Shown here: positions 37,801 to 49,800 of the stretch, one piece after another
How the letters are laid out: each line of letters begins with the position of its first letter
Numbering within the stretch: position 1 is the first letter of the stretch
Assembly (NCBI GenBank): GCA_964606485.1
Contig: CAZSGP010000004.1
Coordinates: 230,376 to 294,375, forward strand
Direction: 5' to 3'
Origin: an uncultured Planctomycetia bacterium
Lineage (GTDB): Bacteria; Omnitrophota; Gorgyraeia; 2-02-FULL-51-18
Length of the DNA: 64,000 bases
Program-made: the position numbers and the translations under genes
The notes under the pieces: generated by a model
The model's input: the letters and a program-made list of their open reading frames with translations, nothing else
What the model was told of the DNA's origin: nothing
The model's database searches: none

Positions 37801-40800
37801 AATCCTGATCTTCAGCCTGTTTTCAAAGAAAGAGCGCTGGCCAACGACAAAGCACTGGTCGAAGGATCCGCCATTGTTCACCGCGCAACCGATGCTCGTT
37901 ATGAAGCGCTAGATTTTGACCCGTCTGCATTTGGACAGGTTCAAAAAGAAATTCAGGAAAAGTTGTCGAGCCTTGCGGATCAGATTTCCAAGGAAACAGA
38001 CGCTAGACTGAAATTTTATTTGATCAAACAGTATGTCGATGTCAAAGAACACAATTTGTACCAGGCCGAAGACGGCAGTTTCCGCGGCGTGATTTATGGA
38101 ACGAAGCAGGCTGATGAGACTGTGGAGAAAGTCCAGACGGCGCTTGAAGTCAGGCTAGGCCTTATCTCGGGAGCATTGGACGGCATGCCGCCGGACCAGG
38201 TCAGCGCTCTTTTTGAGGAAATAACCGGAAGCGTTGTAACTCCTATTTTCGGGTTAAACGGCGAGTTTGAGAGAGATGATCATGGAAAACTATGGGTCAA
38301 GGTGAGCGATCCAAAGCATAACCGTTTTCCGAGAGTCGATGTGTATGATTTGAACGGCAATCTAGAGGCGTCCTACATAGGCGGATCATTAAAAGTTGAT
38401 GTTGATGGAAACCATGTTTTAAATGTAAGGGCCGAGCGGGTCATAAGGGTTATAAAAACAAACACTTCTACAGGCGAGCCGTCAGAAGCTCAAATTTTCA
38501 CTCAAGAGGCCTCGGGCAATGAAATCTTAACGGGAGTTATGATTTTCTCGAAAGATGATCAAGGGTATTCGGTTGTCTCGGAAAAAACATTTCTAAGAAA
38601 TCCTGATGGACAAATAGTAACTACTGATGCAAAGGTTTTAGACGCCACGAATTATTCAAATGCCCGGTTCGTAACCAATACAAAAACGTATGACCCATCG
38701 AACGGGCGTGTTTTGGAGACGCTCACTCAGGACCCGCAGGGGAACAGACGGATTGCAGTATCTTATTATGATAATCCATCTGACCCAGACCAAGAGACGT
38801 CATCGCTGTTATATGCCGTAGACGACAAAGACAACCGGATCATGATCGGTCGAACGGAATCCCAGGGTTATGACGCGGATGGAAACCATCGGGTCAAGGT
38901 TTATACCATTCAAAATGCTAATTCCGTAACGGAAAAAATCGAAGTATATGACGCGCTTGGCCGTCTATTAAGACAAGAAATTCCAAGCGACCAGTTTAAT
39001 AAAACATTAATAAAAATTAATTACAAAGATGGTCAGGTCATCGGAAGTGAGACCTATTCAGAAGATAAAAATGGTGTAAAAACACTCCGATCTAAATCTC
39101 GCTTTGAGGGATATGACTCTAATGGAAACCTAGTTTCAATAGTGAGTGTATTTTACAAGGACAACGAAAAACCTATTTATGAAAAAGAGGAAGTTTATAA
39201 TTCATTCGGAGAACTTTTAAGTGAAACAGTTTCTTCAAACGAAGGAAAAATTATTACCGAAATTGATCGGGCAAATGGGGCGACGGGTCTCGAAGTGGGG
39301 CGTAGCACATTTTTTGAGCATCGCGACGAATTATTGCTTCCAGTGCGGCTGTTAATTTCTAGCGGCAAGCTTGTTAGTTTTAGCGACGGTTTATTCGTAG
39401 TAGAAGTGGAAGATTTTGCATCACACTCACGTCATCAAGACCGATATGACTTATCCGGTCGTCTTATAGAGAGCTATCTGAGAGATGAGGATGGAAGAAT
39501 TTTTAGAAAAACTATTATTGAATATGATTCGGATGGCGAAGAGTTTAAACGACTAACATATATTGCGCCTGACGGAGTTGTAACCAATCCTAAGCCGCTT
39601 TCAACGAGCCAAGTTTTGGCAGTGGATGAGTTCGGCGTTAAAACAGTGCAGGTAATAGAAGATAAAGATACTTATATCGTCCGCTTTGATCATATAGGCC
39701 GCCTAATTGAAAAGCAATTTGGAGGGCTCACCATCAAATTTAACCTAGACGTTATTGGTGGGGTTAGCTCGGTTAGCACCTTTTACGCTGGGGAATTAAT
39801 TAAAGAAGGAAGAACCACCGGATATATTTCTGATAAAGGGTTCTTTGTCCCCATAAATGAGTATTCCAAATTTATTAATGGCGGGGGAGCAATTGTTGGT
39901 GTTCGCACAGAAATCGAAGACAAAATTAAGGCCAAACAATGGCTAGAAGATTATGATTTTCTAGGCAATCAAATCCGTTCCATTACACTTCGTGAAAATG
40001 GCAGAGAAGTTGAAGTTACCGAAACAAAATATGATTCCAATTCGCGTCTTCCGATAGGCGGTGAAACTAATCTGTTTGATTGGGACAAGGATGCCAACAA
40101 CTTCACCGGAGTTTCAAAAAAATCATTAGCAGTTTCAAACTTACGAGTTGATGCCGAAGGGCGACGCGTATCTGTTGTAAAGAATCTCGAGCTTGATCTG
40201 GTTTGGGAAGAAATTCAAGATGGTCTGGGAAGGCGTCTGGCTAAATTTGGTGGAACGTTCGATGATTCTACCGGCGTCCTTCGTCGTACTTATGTCGAGA
40301 TTTCAGACTTTGAAGGTCTTACCGGGTCTGCCGGAGTTGCAAAAGAATCTATCTCCTATGAGTACACTGAAGGTAAAGACCTTGAATGGCACAAAGCAAA
40401 TGCCCTTAAAATTTCACGCAGTATTTTGACAAAGTTTGATCAGACCAAAGGAATCTTTGAATCTACGATTGAGTATTATGGAAAAGGCGGTTTAATCGTA
40501 GATGTTCTGTATGAAGTGCGTAACGCCGACGGACTTTTGTTGTATGCCGTAACCGGAAAGATGGAAGAAGGGCGTTTTGCTCCGCTTCATTTAATGAAAT
40601 ATTTTTATGATCGTGAGGATTTAAAAGCAGTAGGCATGGCTTCCGGTTCGGCTATTTATCAATATGCTGATGGTCTTTCTTACGAGGATTATCAAAGCCG
40701 TGGAGATCTTTTAGGGGAAACCTCTAAAGTCGTCGGAAATCCTATAAAAGTTTCCGGAGAACAAGGCGTTCAAATCACGATTGAAATTACCCGCTATTAC

Positions 40801-43800
40801 AAAAATGCGCCGGTCGAAAAATCAACCCAAGTCAAGGATGCCTATGGACGGGTCATAAGAGAAATAAAAGACAACGTTTTACAGGTCCATTTGTACGTTG
40901 ATCCGAAATTTAAAGCTCATGGAATTGCATCGGAGTCTATTAGCTATGCCTGGGATCCAAAAACGCAAAGAGTTTTATTCGACTCTTCAACCGGGAAGCC
41001 GATGGAATTGAAAAAATCAAGAGTGCTATGGAGTTTTGAAGAATATTTAGAAAAAGGTGTCATCAAATACGAAACATTAGATTTGATCAGCAAAGATGTC
41101 GAATGGGAAACCAAATTCCGCAACGGTCTGCTGGATCGCAAGTGGGCCATAGACCGGACTTCTCATAAACCATTCAACATGACTTTATTCAGGTACACCA
41201 CCGGAGAAAAAGGAAACGCATATCTCGGGATTGCTGATGACGTATATACCTACCAAACGAATGAATTTGGCGAAGCACTTGATGATGCCGAAAAGGTTAT
41301 CTCCGAGGAACCCGGAAAAGCACCTCTAGATGCGAAAGGTGTTCCAATCGGTTATTTTGAATACACACGGGTAGTTGAAGTTAAAAACGTGGCGGAAGAT
41401 AAAATTAATCCGCTGCACGTTGTCTATCAGGTTGCCGTAAAAAATGACGGACTAAATCTATTCGAACAATTTAAGGAAGTTAAGAACTTTAAGGGTGAAC
41501 TTTTAGCTAGAACCGTGGGACATAAATCTAAGGGGGATGCTGAGTTTACTCCCGAAAAATCCACTTTCTTTTTAAGAAACCCTGAAAGATTTGGACAATA
41601 TACAATCGCGGACCAAGCGGCAACCTACCAACATGATCCGACTCAAACTGTAACTGATTCTGACAAGGGCGTTTCTAAGTTTTCTGCCTACCTTACGCGC
41701 TTGTACTCGGAAGGAAAGGAGCTCCCTGAAATTGTCAAAGAGGCAGACTTTAATGGAATTATGGAGGACCGCTCTAGATTAAAAATAATTGTTAGAAGCC
41801 AGGGGGATCTAGCATTTGAGGCGCTATCCGGAGAAGTAAGGGTTGTCGCTGAGATGCTGAAAAAAGATCTGTTAACGAATGATGGTTGCCTTGTTTATCA
41901 AAAGGAAGTTCTGAAATACTTGAATGGTAAAGCAAAGCCAGTATCTGATTACATCGATATTGTTCTTCAAGGACGCTGGAAAAAATCTGTCCACATCCAA
42001 AGCAACTCTTATTCGGAAGTCCAATATGATGCTAAGAAAAATGTGGTTAGCGGTCATCGTGAAGAGGGGTTAAAAGTTATAGATCTTCATAGAAAGCAAG
42101 GTGAAAAGGGTCACCAGAAAATTAATCCGTATATGCCTAATCCGAAGATAGAGGATTGGTTAGTTTTCGACGTGGACTATAAAGATCAAAATGGCCACCT
42201 GCTCTTTAAGGGAGAGAAGTGGGTCGACGTTTACGGAAAGACCGTAGTGGATATCCAGTTCAAAGGCGATTACGTAAAAATTAAAGGGTCTGACGGAACT
42301 GAAGTCTTGGACGAAGCCCAGTACAAACAAAAACAAGCCTTGGCCGTGTATCTTTCCGATCAAGATCCTGTTGATTATGATTTTTCTCTCAACGAGGCAA
42401 ATCCATCAGCCGAACTTAAAGTGGAGAAGGACTACTCGCACAGCGATTTTATCTTTGTTTATCTATCGGGATCCGATCTTTTAAAGTCGTCTCCTGACAA
42501 AAATCCCGTTGTTAAGTTTGAAGTTAAAAGCGGCGAGGGTTCCAATCAAAAGACCGTGACGGTTGGCTCATCGGGGCAGCCATTTTGGATTCCGATCAGC
42601 GAAAACACACTGGACTATCAAAGCCGCTCGGTTCAGATGGTTGCGGAATCAAACGATCTCAACAAGCAGTTTATCTACGCTGTACCCGTCCAGCTTTTGG
42701 CTCGTCAGGGCGTGGACATTACGGATGTGCGTGGAATTACGGTTCGTTTATCGGCACCACTTGAGCCGTCACAGAACATTCGCCTTAGCCGTCTTTATAC
42801 GGCTGGTCAGAATGAAGACAAGTCCCGGCTAGTGACTTATACGCCTAGCGGTTCTAAGGACTCCTTCTTGGCAGTTGGGGAACTGACGGGTCAAAAGGCA
42901 TTTTTTGATAAAAAGACCGAAAATGACTACGGGCGCCGTATTAATATTTTTGGAGCAGACAACCGTCTGGTTGCTTCCATCGTAGACTATAAACATAAAG
43001 ATGAAGACAGCAATCTTTATACAGAGCTTCGCTCACTGACATTGTATGATCCTAGCGGAACTCACCCCATTGGCGGTGTCCTTCTAGATCCCCAAGGGTT
43101 GCCCATTGCCGGAACATTCCGGAAAATTGCAGTGGAATATAAGGGCAAAGAAAACGAATACCTACTGGTTCATGAATTAAACCCCGCGTCTGGCGAAGCA
43201 GAAACAACGGCTTACCAAGTCAATTCTTTAAATGCTCAGAAACCGCTGTGGCGCAAAGTGGGCGGCTACGTGTTTCTCCCGCGGATGGATGCGTCGGATC
43301 CAACATCCAAAAAAGCAAATTTACACTACAACACTTTGTTCCAAGTAGCCCATCGTGAGATCTTAGACCGATTCGGAGTCTCTTGGCTTTCTTATGAGTG
43401 GAAGGCTGGCGAGGGAAACATCGTCAGCTTAGATCCAAGAGATATTAGCGCGGAAAAGGCTATCGCCAACTCCAAGACGACCGAAGCGGACTTGAAGGCC
43501 GCTTTGGAAAGAGTCGATTTGGATTTAGTGCGTGAAGTCAGCGGGGAATATATGGCAAAGAGAATCGATAAACATGATGCCTTATCTTGGCCCGGATGGA
43601 TAAGCATTATCGCCGCAACTGTGATTTTATCGTGGCCGTACTGGATTCTCCGTTATAGCCGTAGAAAAGCAGCGGAATGGAAGCAGGAGATTGAAAAGAG
43701 AAAAGAAAAGGCCAAAAACGCGGATTATTTGTTTGATGTGAATAGCCCAGAATATATTCAAGCGCTTAAGCGTATGAACGAGAACGTCTTTAAAGTCTCC

Positions 43801-46800
43801 GTACGGGCTGATGGAAAATTGATTACAAGCGATGGAGACATCGAGGGCGCATTTCTCCAGCATCTCTTTTTCTTGTACGTCATGGTTTATTCTTGGCATC
43901 AAAAAGCGGGCTATCAGAGCGTTGACTTGGAAACAAAGCTTAAAGAGCTTGATGAATTAGCGAGGGCCATTTCTAAATTTTTGGCCGAGCAGGCGGCGGC
44001 GTCTAAGCATCCGGAGGATGCGGCTAAGAAAGAGAAGCATAAGAAAAAGTTAGAAACAACTCAGAAATACCAGGTGGATCAAAAATTTGACCCTCAGCTT
44101 TGGGGCTTCTTGAGTATATATCTTTCGGAGTTTAATTTAGAACTGCGCGAAATTTGGGATAACGAACGCAAAGACCCAAATTCAAAACCGGGCGATGAAA
44201 GCTTGTTTGCAGCTAAATGGAAAGAAGTCGTCAGTGAGCTTCTATCCGATTCGAACGGTAGCCGCTTAGCCGATCGAAAGTTTAATCAAGATAAATTCAA
44301 TAAATTTATAAAAGATAAAAACTTCGCGTCGGTCCCTAATTTTTACATTCAATATGGTCGCTACTTCATTCAAACAATCCCCCAGATTTTGGCGGCTATT
44401 CTTCTCTTAGGAGGAAAAATTGCTTTGGGGAGTGGAGCGGCCTCAACGGGCGGACTATTTACGGTGCTCGGATTCGCAGCAGTTGGGGTGGTTGTTGGAC
44501 TCGTGGCACTTGTTGTGAACGCTAGGAGTGAATATCAAGCGATTTTAAGTGCTCGTAAAGTTGATTCCGAACACTCTAGAGGTCGTTACTTGCCAGTTTT
44601 GGCGGCCACAATATTTACTGGAACAGCGGCAACACTGCCCTTTTTGATGGGCATGACCATTTCTATGGCCGCAACCGGACTTTTAGTGACTGCGGCGTCA
44701 ATTTTTACGATGGAAACCTTGGGGCTAACGCTCGGAAACCGGTCTTTCGTGGGCGTTGCTTATACTTATCTTCTTCGTCCACCCGCCCGCGTGGGAAGAG
44801 ATCGTGCAGTCGAATTATTCACTAAAGGCTATTGGCTTTATACAAGCATGTTTTTTGTCACCATGCTTTTAGTTTGGTCATGGTTTTCTATGAACTTTGC
44901 CAATGCCAATGCGGGACATGTGATTATTGCGGGGCTTTACGTCATTTCCGGCATGCCGCTTCTACGCTTTGGTAGCAACCAAGTGATGAGAGCTTACTAC
45001 ACTCTCTTCAAGCCCGACCGTGGGCCAAAAGAGGTAAAGGACACGACTCCACCAGCTAAAAATAATACTCAACCTGATAATTTACCAAAAGGTAAAACAG
45101 CCGTTGTTTATGTCGGAGGAAATACACTGGCTTCAGATGTGAGATCGCTTGATGATAGCTCGGATGACAAAAAGATTATGGCTGCTCATGAGAAAACTTA
45201 TGAAAAAGCCATTTCTCAGCTTTTAAATCACACCGAAGGAAAAAATACCTTGCTGCTCTTTTTGGAAGACGCAAAAACGAGACTTAAAGACATGAAGGTT
45301 GATACGAATGATCGCAAACAGATTTTAGCAATTTTTTCGGATTGGCTCATGGTGCTTCGTAAAGCCGAGCTTCACGGGAATGCATTAAAGAAACGCGTCA
45401 GTCTGTGGAATTTGCGCCAAATGGATGATCCCAATATTCCGGAGGCACTAAGAGTCGGTTTTGATTTGAACCCCGAGGATAAACTAAAAGTTAAATTTGG
45501 TTGGGAGCTTCAACGTTACTTAATCGATCAATTAGGTGTTGGTGGTTCGAGCTTGAACACGGGTATCAACATGGCAGCTCAAGCAGAAGCATTCAATAAG
45601 GCCGGTATGTCGGATTCGGTGGTGTTTCATTTGGTGATGAATAAATACGAAGACCATAATGATAACCAGACTCCAAATAAGCTCGATCTCAATTCTAATT
45701 CAAAAGAAAGCCGTGAGCTAAACCAGCGCGTCCTGCTAGCGTCATTGATTGACTATCTGATGAGTGCCGGAACCGGTAAGCCGATGGGTTCCTCAGCATA
45801 CGTCATGTATGATCATACTGTGTTTGGTATGAAGTCCGCGGCCATGAATGCTATTTTTATGAAGCCTGAAGATATTCCTCAGCTTCGCTCCATGGTGGTG
45901 ATTGACCGCAATGCCACGGTTTCGGATCTTGATAAATATGTGGAAGACGTTAGACGGATGTCCACAAACCCACACATGGCCATTATTACAACATTTCGCA
46001 ACACGACTTATACATTAGACGTGACGGGAAATGCCAATGAAGGAATTGAAGCGGGTCACGGGCAAAATTTGATCTCTTTGCCGAGTGGCTTAGGAACGGG
46101 TTGGGGTAATATTATCCGCGTTCCGTTTACAGAGCTCATGCAGCAATTTGCCGATCCGGATTCTCCATTCGTGTCTTTCGCCGGTGATTCAAAAAATATA
46201 AAAGATATGAATCAATTATTTGGAATGATCGGATTTGCTCCAAATGCTATTGGAATTAGCGAAGATAACTGGGCGGCGGTTCAACAAAATCACAATCTCA
46301 TCGGCATGGGTTATGAGCCAGAGTACGGTGTTTCTGAGGCTACATGGACGAAAGTCAGAGAAAAACAAAGCCTTGCGGAGTTAGAAGCGGCACCCAAACG
46401 TTGGTCGAGCGGTCTTGTCCAAACGATTAATGATTTGATGAACCAACAAGCATTGGAATTTGGTCCCGATTCCTTCTTTGAAAAAGAGTCTCGACACAGC
46501 AACTCGGACCTCTATCACTTGTCGACGATCGCATTGTTCCAAGTGGGTCTGACGGCCATATCCGCGGTCTTCGGATTTTCTCCGTTTATTGGTCTAGCGG
46601 CTATTATCTGGATGATCGGGCTCTTCTTCAATCAGATCATGATATTTAACTACTGGGCCTATCATATGAAGGTCATGGGCTTTCAAGTGGGGATGGGAAT
46701 GTTCTTTTCGCGTCGTTTGAGTGATGCACTGTTTTTTGCTAATTATAACGTGCGTATGGCGCTTTCCTATGTAATGGGAACCATCGGAGTTTCGTTAGAG

Positions 46801-49800
46801 TTTGTAATGTCCGGCGCCAAAAACGAGGACTTGCCCTTAGAAAGCATCTTATTTGGAAAGAGCATTAAAAATATTTACACGGACGCTCAAAAGGCCGATC
46901 CAAACCTCGATTTGAAGAAACGATTTGCGAAGTTGAATCTTGTAAAAAACCAAGCATTAACCCAGCTTAACATGAAGGATAATCTCGCGAGTTTTCTTTA
47001 TACATTCATTATTGGCGCCTTATTATTTGCGGCGAATGTTGGAACAATTATTTTTGCTAACGTCGATTGGAACGCAATGAACATTGTCACCATGTTTTTC
47101 TCAGTGCTTTTTTCAGTAGGCGCTATGTTTGGACCATTTTTTACCGCAGCAAAAGTTGGTCGTTCTTTCTGGAATGGCTGGGGAGATGTGTTCTCAAAAG
47201 TAATGGGTTTTGGGGTAGGCTTTACCATGTTATTCGGGGCATCATACCTTTTAGCGGCCCATGCTTTTGGTGGTTTCAGCATTCTTTGGGCATTTGTATG
47301 GACCGCGTCATTCGTAGTCCTTTCCTTGGGATTAAAAGTACTGTCAAATCCATCAGAGTGGATTAAAAAATTGCGGGCGGTAGACCTGATACCGGGGACT
47401 GATCTCGATAATAAGATTATAAAATGGACTCTAGAGCTTACATGGGTTAAAGGTTTTCTCACCTTTGTTCGTAAGCCTCAATTAATACGTTGGGCTTCTG
47501 AGATGCAAAAATCACTTTGGTTGACCGTTCTCTTAATGGGACCATTCTTATTCGTTCCCGCTCAGGCAACTCCTAAGATCCCACTTATTTCCAAACCGTT
47601 GATTGAGCTTTTTGGATTGCCGGCGCTAACGCTCTCTGGTTCATGGTTAATTTTTGCTGGGTTTTCGTTCGTGGCAATATTCTTGGCATGGATTGTATAC
47701 GCGAAGATCAAATTAGAATACGAGCAGAAGAAATTAGATAAGATTCATAACCAAATTTCTAATTTATTGGTGCAGATATCTGAAAGACTTCCGAGCTTTT
47801 CCGAGTCCGAAAGGGAGGCAGCACTGAAAGCCATGGCCGAAGTTTACGAGATTCGTTCTTATATTCGAACACTTCGTCAACAATCTGCATTGGTTCTAGA
47901 GGCAGAAGCTCTGGATAAAGCGAAGGCTATTCTCTCGCCATTCAAGATAGTTAATAGTCGTGGCGCGCGACTTGCCGAACAAGGGCTGTGGGGTCGGATG
48001 GTTGATCGTTATTACTGGTTAAAAGCGGATCTATATATGATGCTCTATGGTCAGAGGCTTAAAGATGCTCTCCGAGGAGTGGTGGCCAAACCTGATGAGA
48101 GACAGCGTTTGAACGAAAAAACCCATCTATTGGCGAGAGAGTTGGTCGCGAGTAGCAGTGTTTTATCCTCCAGAGTCGCCATCCAGCATGATTTGCCCGA
48201 CAACTTGATTCATCGGTTCGAGGATGACGCAAAATATTTACAGCGTATTTTGGATATTTTAATTGTAGATACGCGTAACGGTTATGATTCAACAAAAATA
48301 GTGAAAGAACATTTGTTCGTCAGAATGCTCGACTTAATGACCGACAAAGAAATTGACGGAACATTAAAGTTAGCGGAAGCTGCTGTCAGCAACGATATTG
48401 AGGTTTATCATCTCACGAAGGCGCTCGTAGAAGCTCGCCGACGGTTTGAAGATCGTGAAATTTATAAAAAATACATGGGTGTTATTGCATCCTTGTCCAA
48501 AAAAGGAACTGTAGAGATGCTCCATACAGCGGAGCTACTTTATCCGCTTTATCCTGGCGTCTCGGATGAAAAGCAGAACCCTCAGACTTTTGCATTTCAG
48601 AGAAAACTATACGAGAGATATGTATTGTCTATTATGGAGGAGCTTTCCAAGCATTTTACAAATATAAGCCAGAATATTGATGAGTTGCGTCCTTTGATTC
48701 GCGAAGTTTCAGACCGGGATGAGGCTATTGTGTATCTCGAGTTAGCGCTATCGATGGCCACTAAGGGCATGGAGTTCGGGATGACTTTCCGACATATTTT
48801 TAGCATACGAAAAGCGTTTCCAGGAAGTCCAATCTCAAAAGAAGTCGCAAGCGTTATTGAATCTTCAAAACGGTTAGTTGGGCAGGGAGTTAACCCAAGA
48901 GTTTATACAGGACAAGCGGTTAAGCAAATATTAATGCTTGGGAGCCAAGAAGATGAGAAAACAGCTGGAAGTCGTTTAGCTGCCGCGGAGGGCTACTTAT
49001 TGCGCATCGAGAGACTCGCGCTGGATCTTAAAGCCCTTGGGTTCGAAGGGAATTCAGAGATACCATTTATTATTCAAGAGGGTTTAAAGACGGTAACTGA
49101 TTTAAGCTCTGTTGACAAAAGACTTGAAACTCTTAAGGCCGTGGTTGTCCGTTTGAAGGCGGAAGGAATTCCGATGAACACAAGCCCGGGTCTTGAAAAT
49201 CTGGTGTCTAAGGCACTTGTTCTGGGGGGCAATGTTGATCAGTTGAGGTTTACGTATATCCCTGAAACGTCTCAAATGGTTTGGAGGCCTGGGCGTAGAA
49301 TGAATAATCCTCCCATTAGCGAGCCAGATTATCAGGAATTAGAAGTCAACCCAGCTAGGATTGAGGTTTCATTGAAGGAGAAGCGTGTGGGCGGCGCTCG
49401 CTTAGCTTCCACCAAAAACATCATCGCCGTCGTCACCCCGACAGCTGGTTTTGACGATGCCGTTTCAAATTTAGAAGAAGCTTTAGGGCCTGCCGTTTCT
49501 AAAGACACGAACATTGTTGTCGTTCGTAGCGGCGCTCGCTTCGCGAAGGCCCGTGCAGGCAATCCCGCCGTGGTCGCGATTTTGGATTTGCCGAAAAACG
49601 AAGCTGAGCAAAACATCGCCGTTTCAACGATTACGAAAGTCTTTGAAGCACGCCGTAGAGCACAGAACGCAGTGGCGGGTTTATTGGTAAAGGGCATCAA
49701 AGATTCTCAGATTCAAGACCTCATCGCTCGCGGTAAAGCGGATGAGCTGAGCATTACCAATCTTTCTGAGGCATTAAATGAAATTGAGGCCAATCTTTCA

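Noticed and set aside
32900-38200. Long alpha-helical region of giant ORF2 with faint resemblance to outer-membrane-efflux (TolC-like) helical repeats
   Set aside because: I could not identify convincing OEP signature motifs or the paired repeat structure by eye. Needs HHpred or structure prediction, so it was left unannotated.
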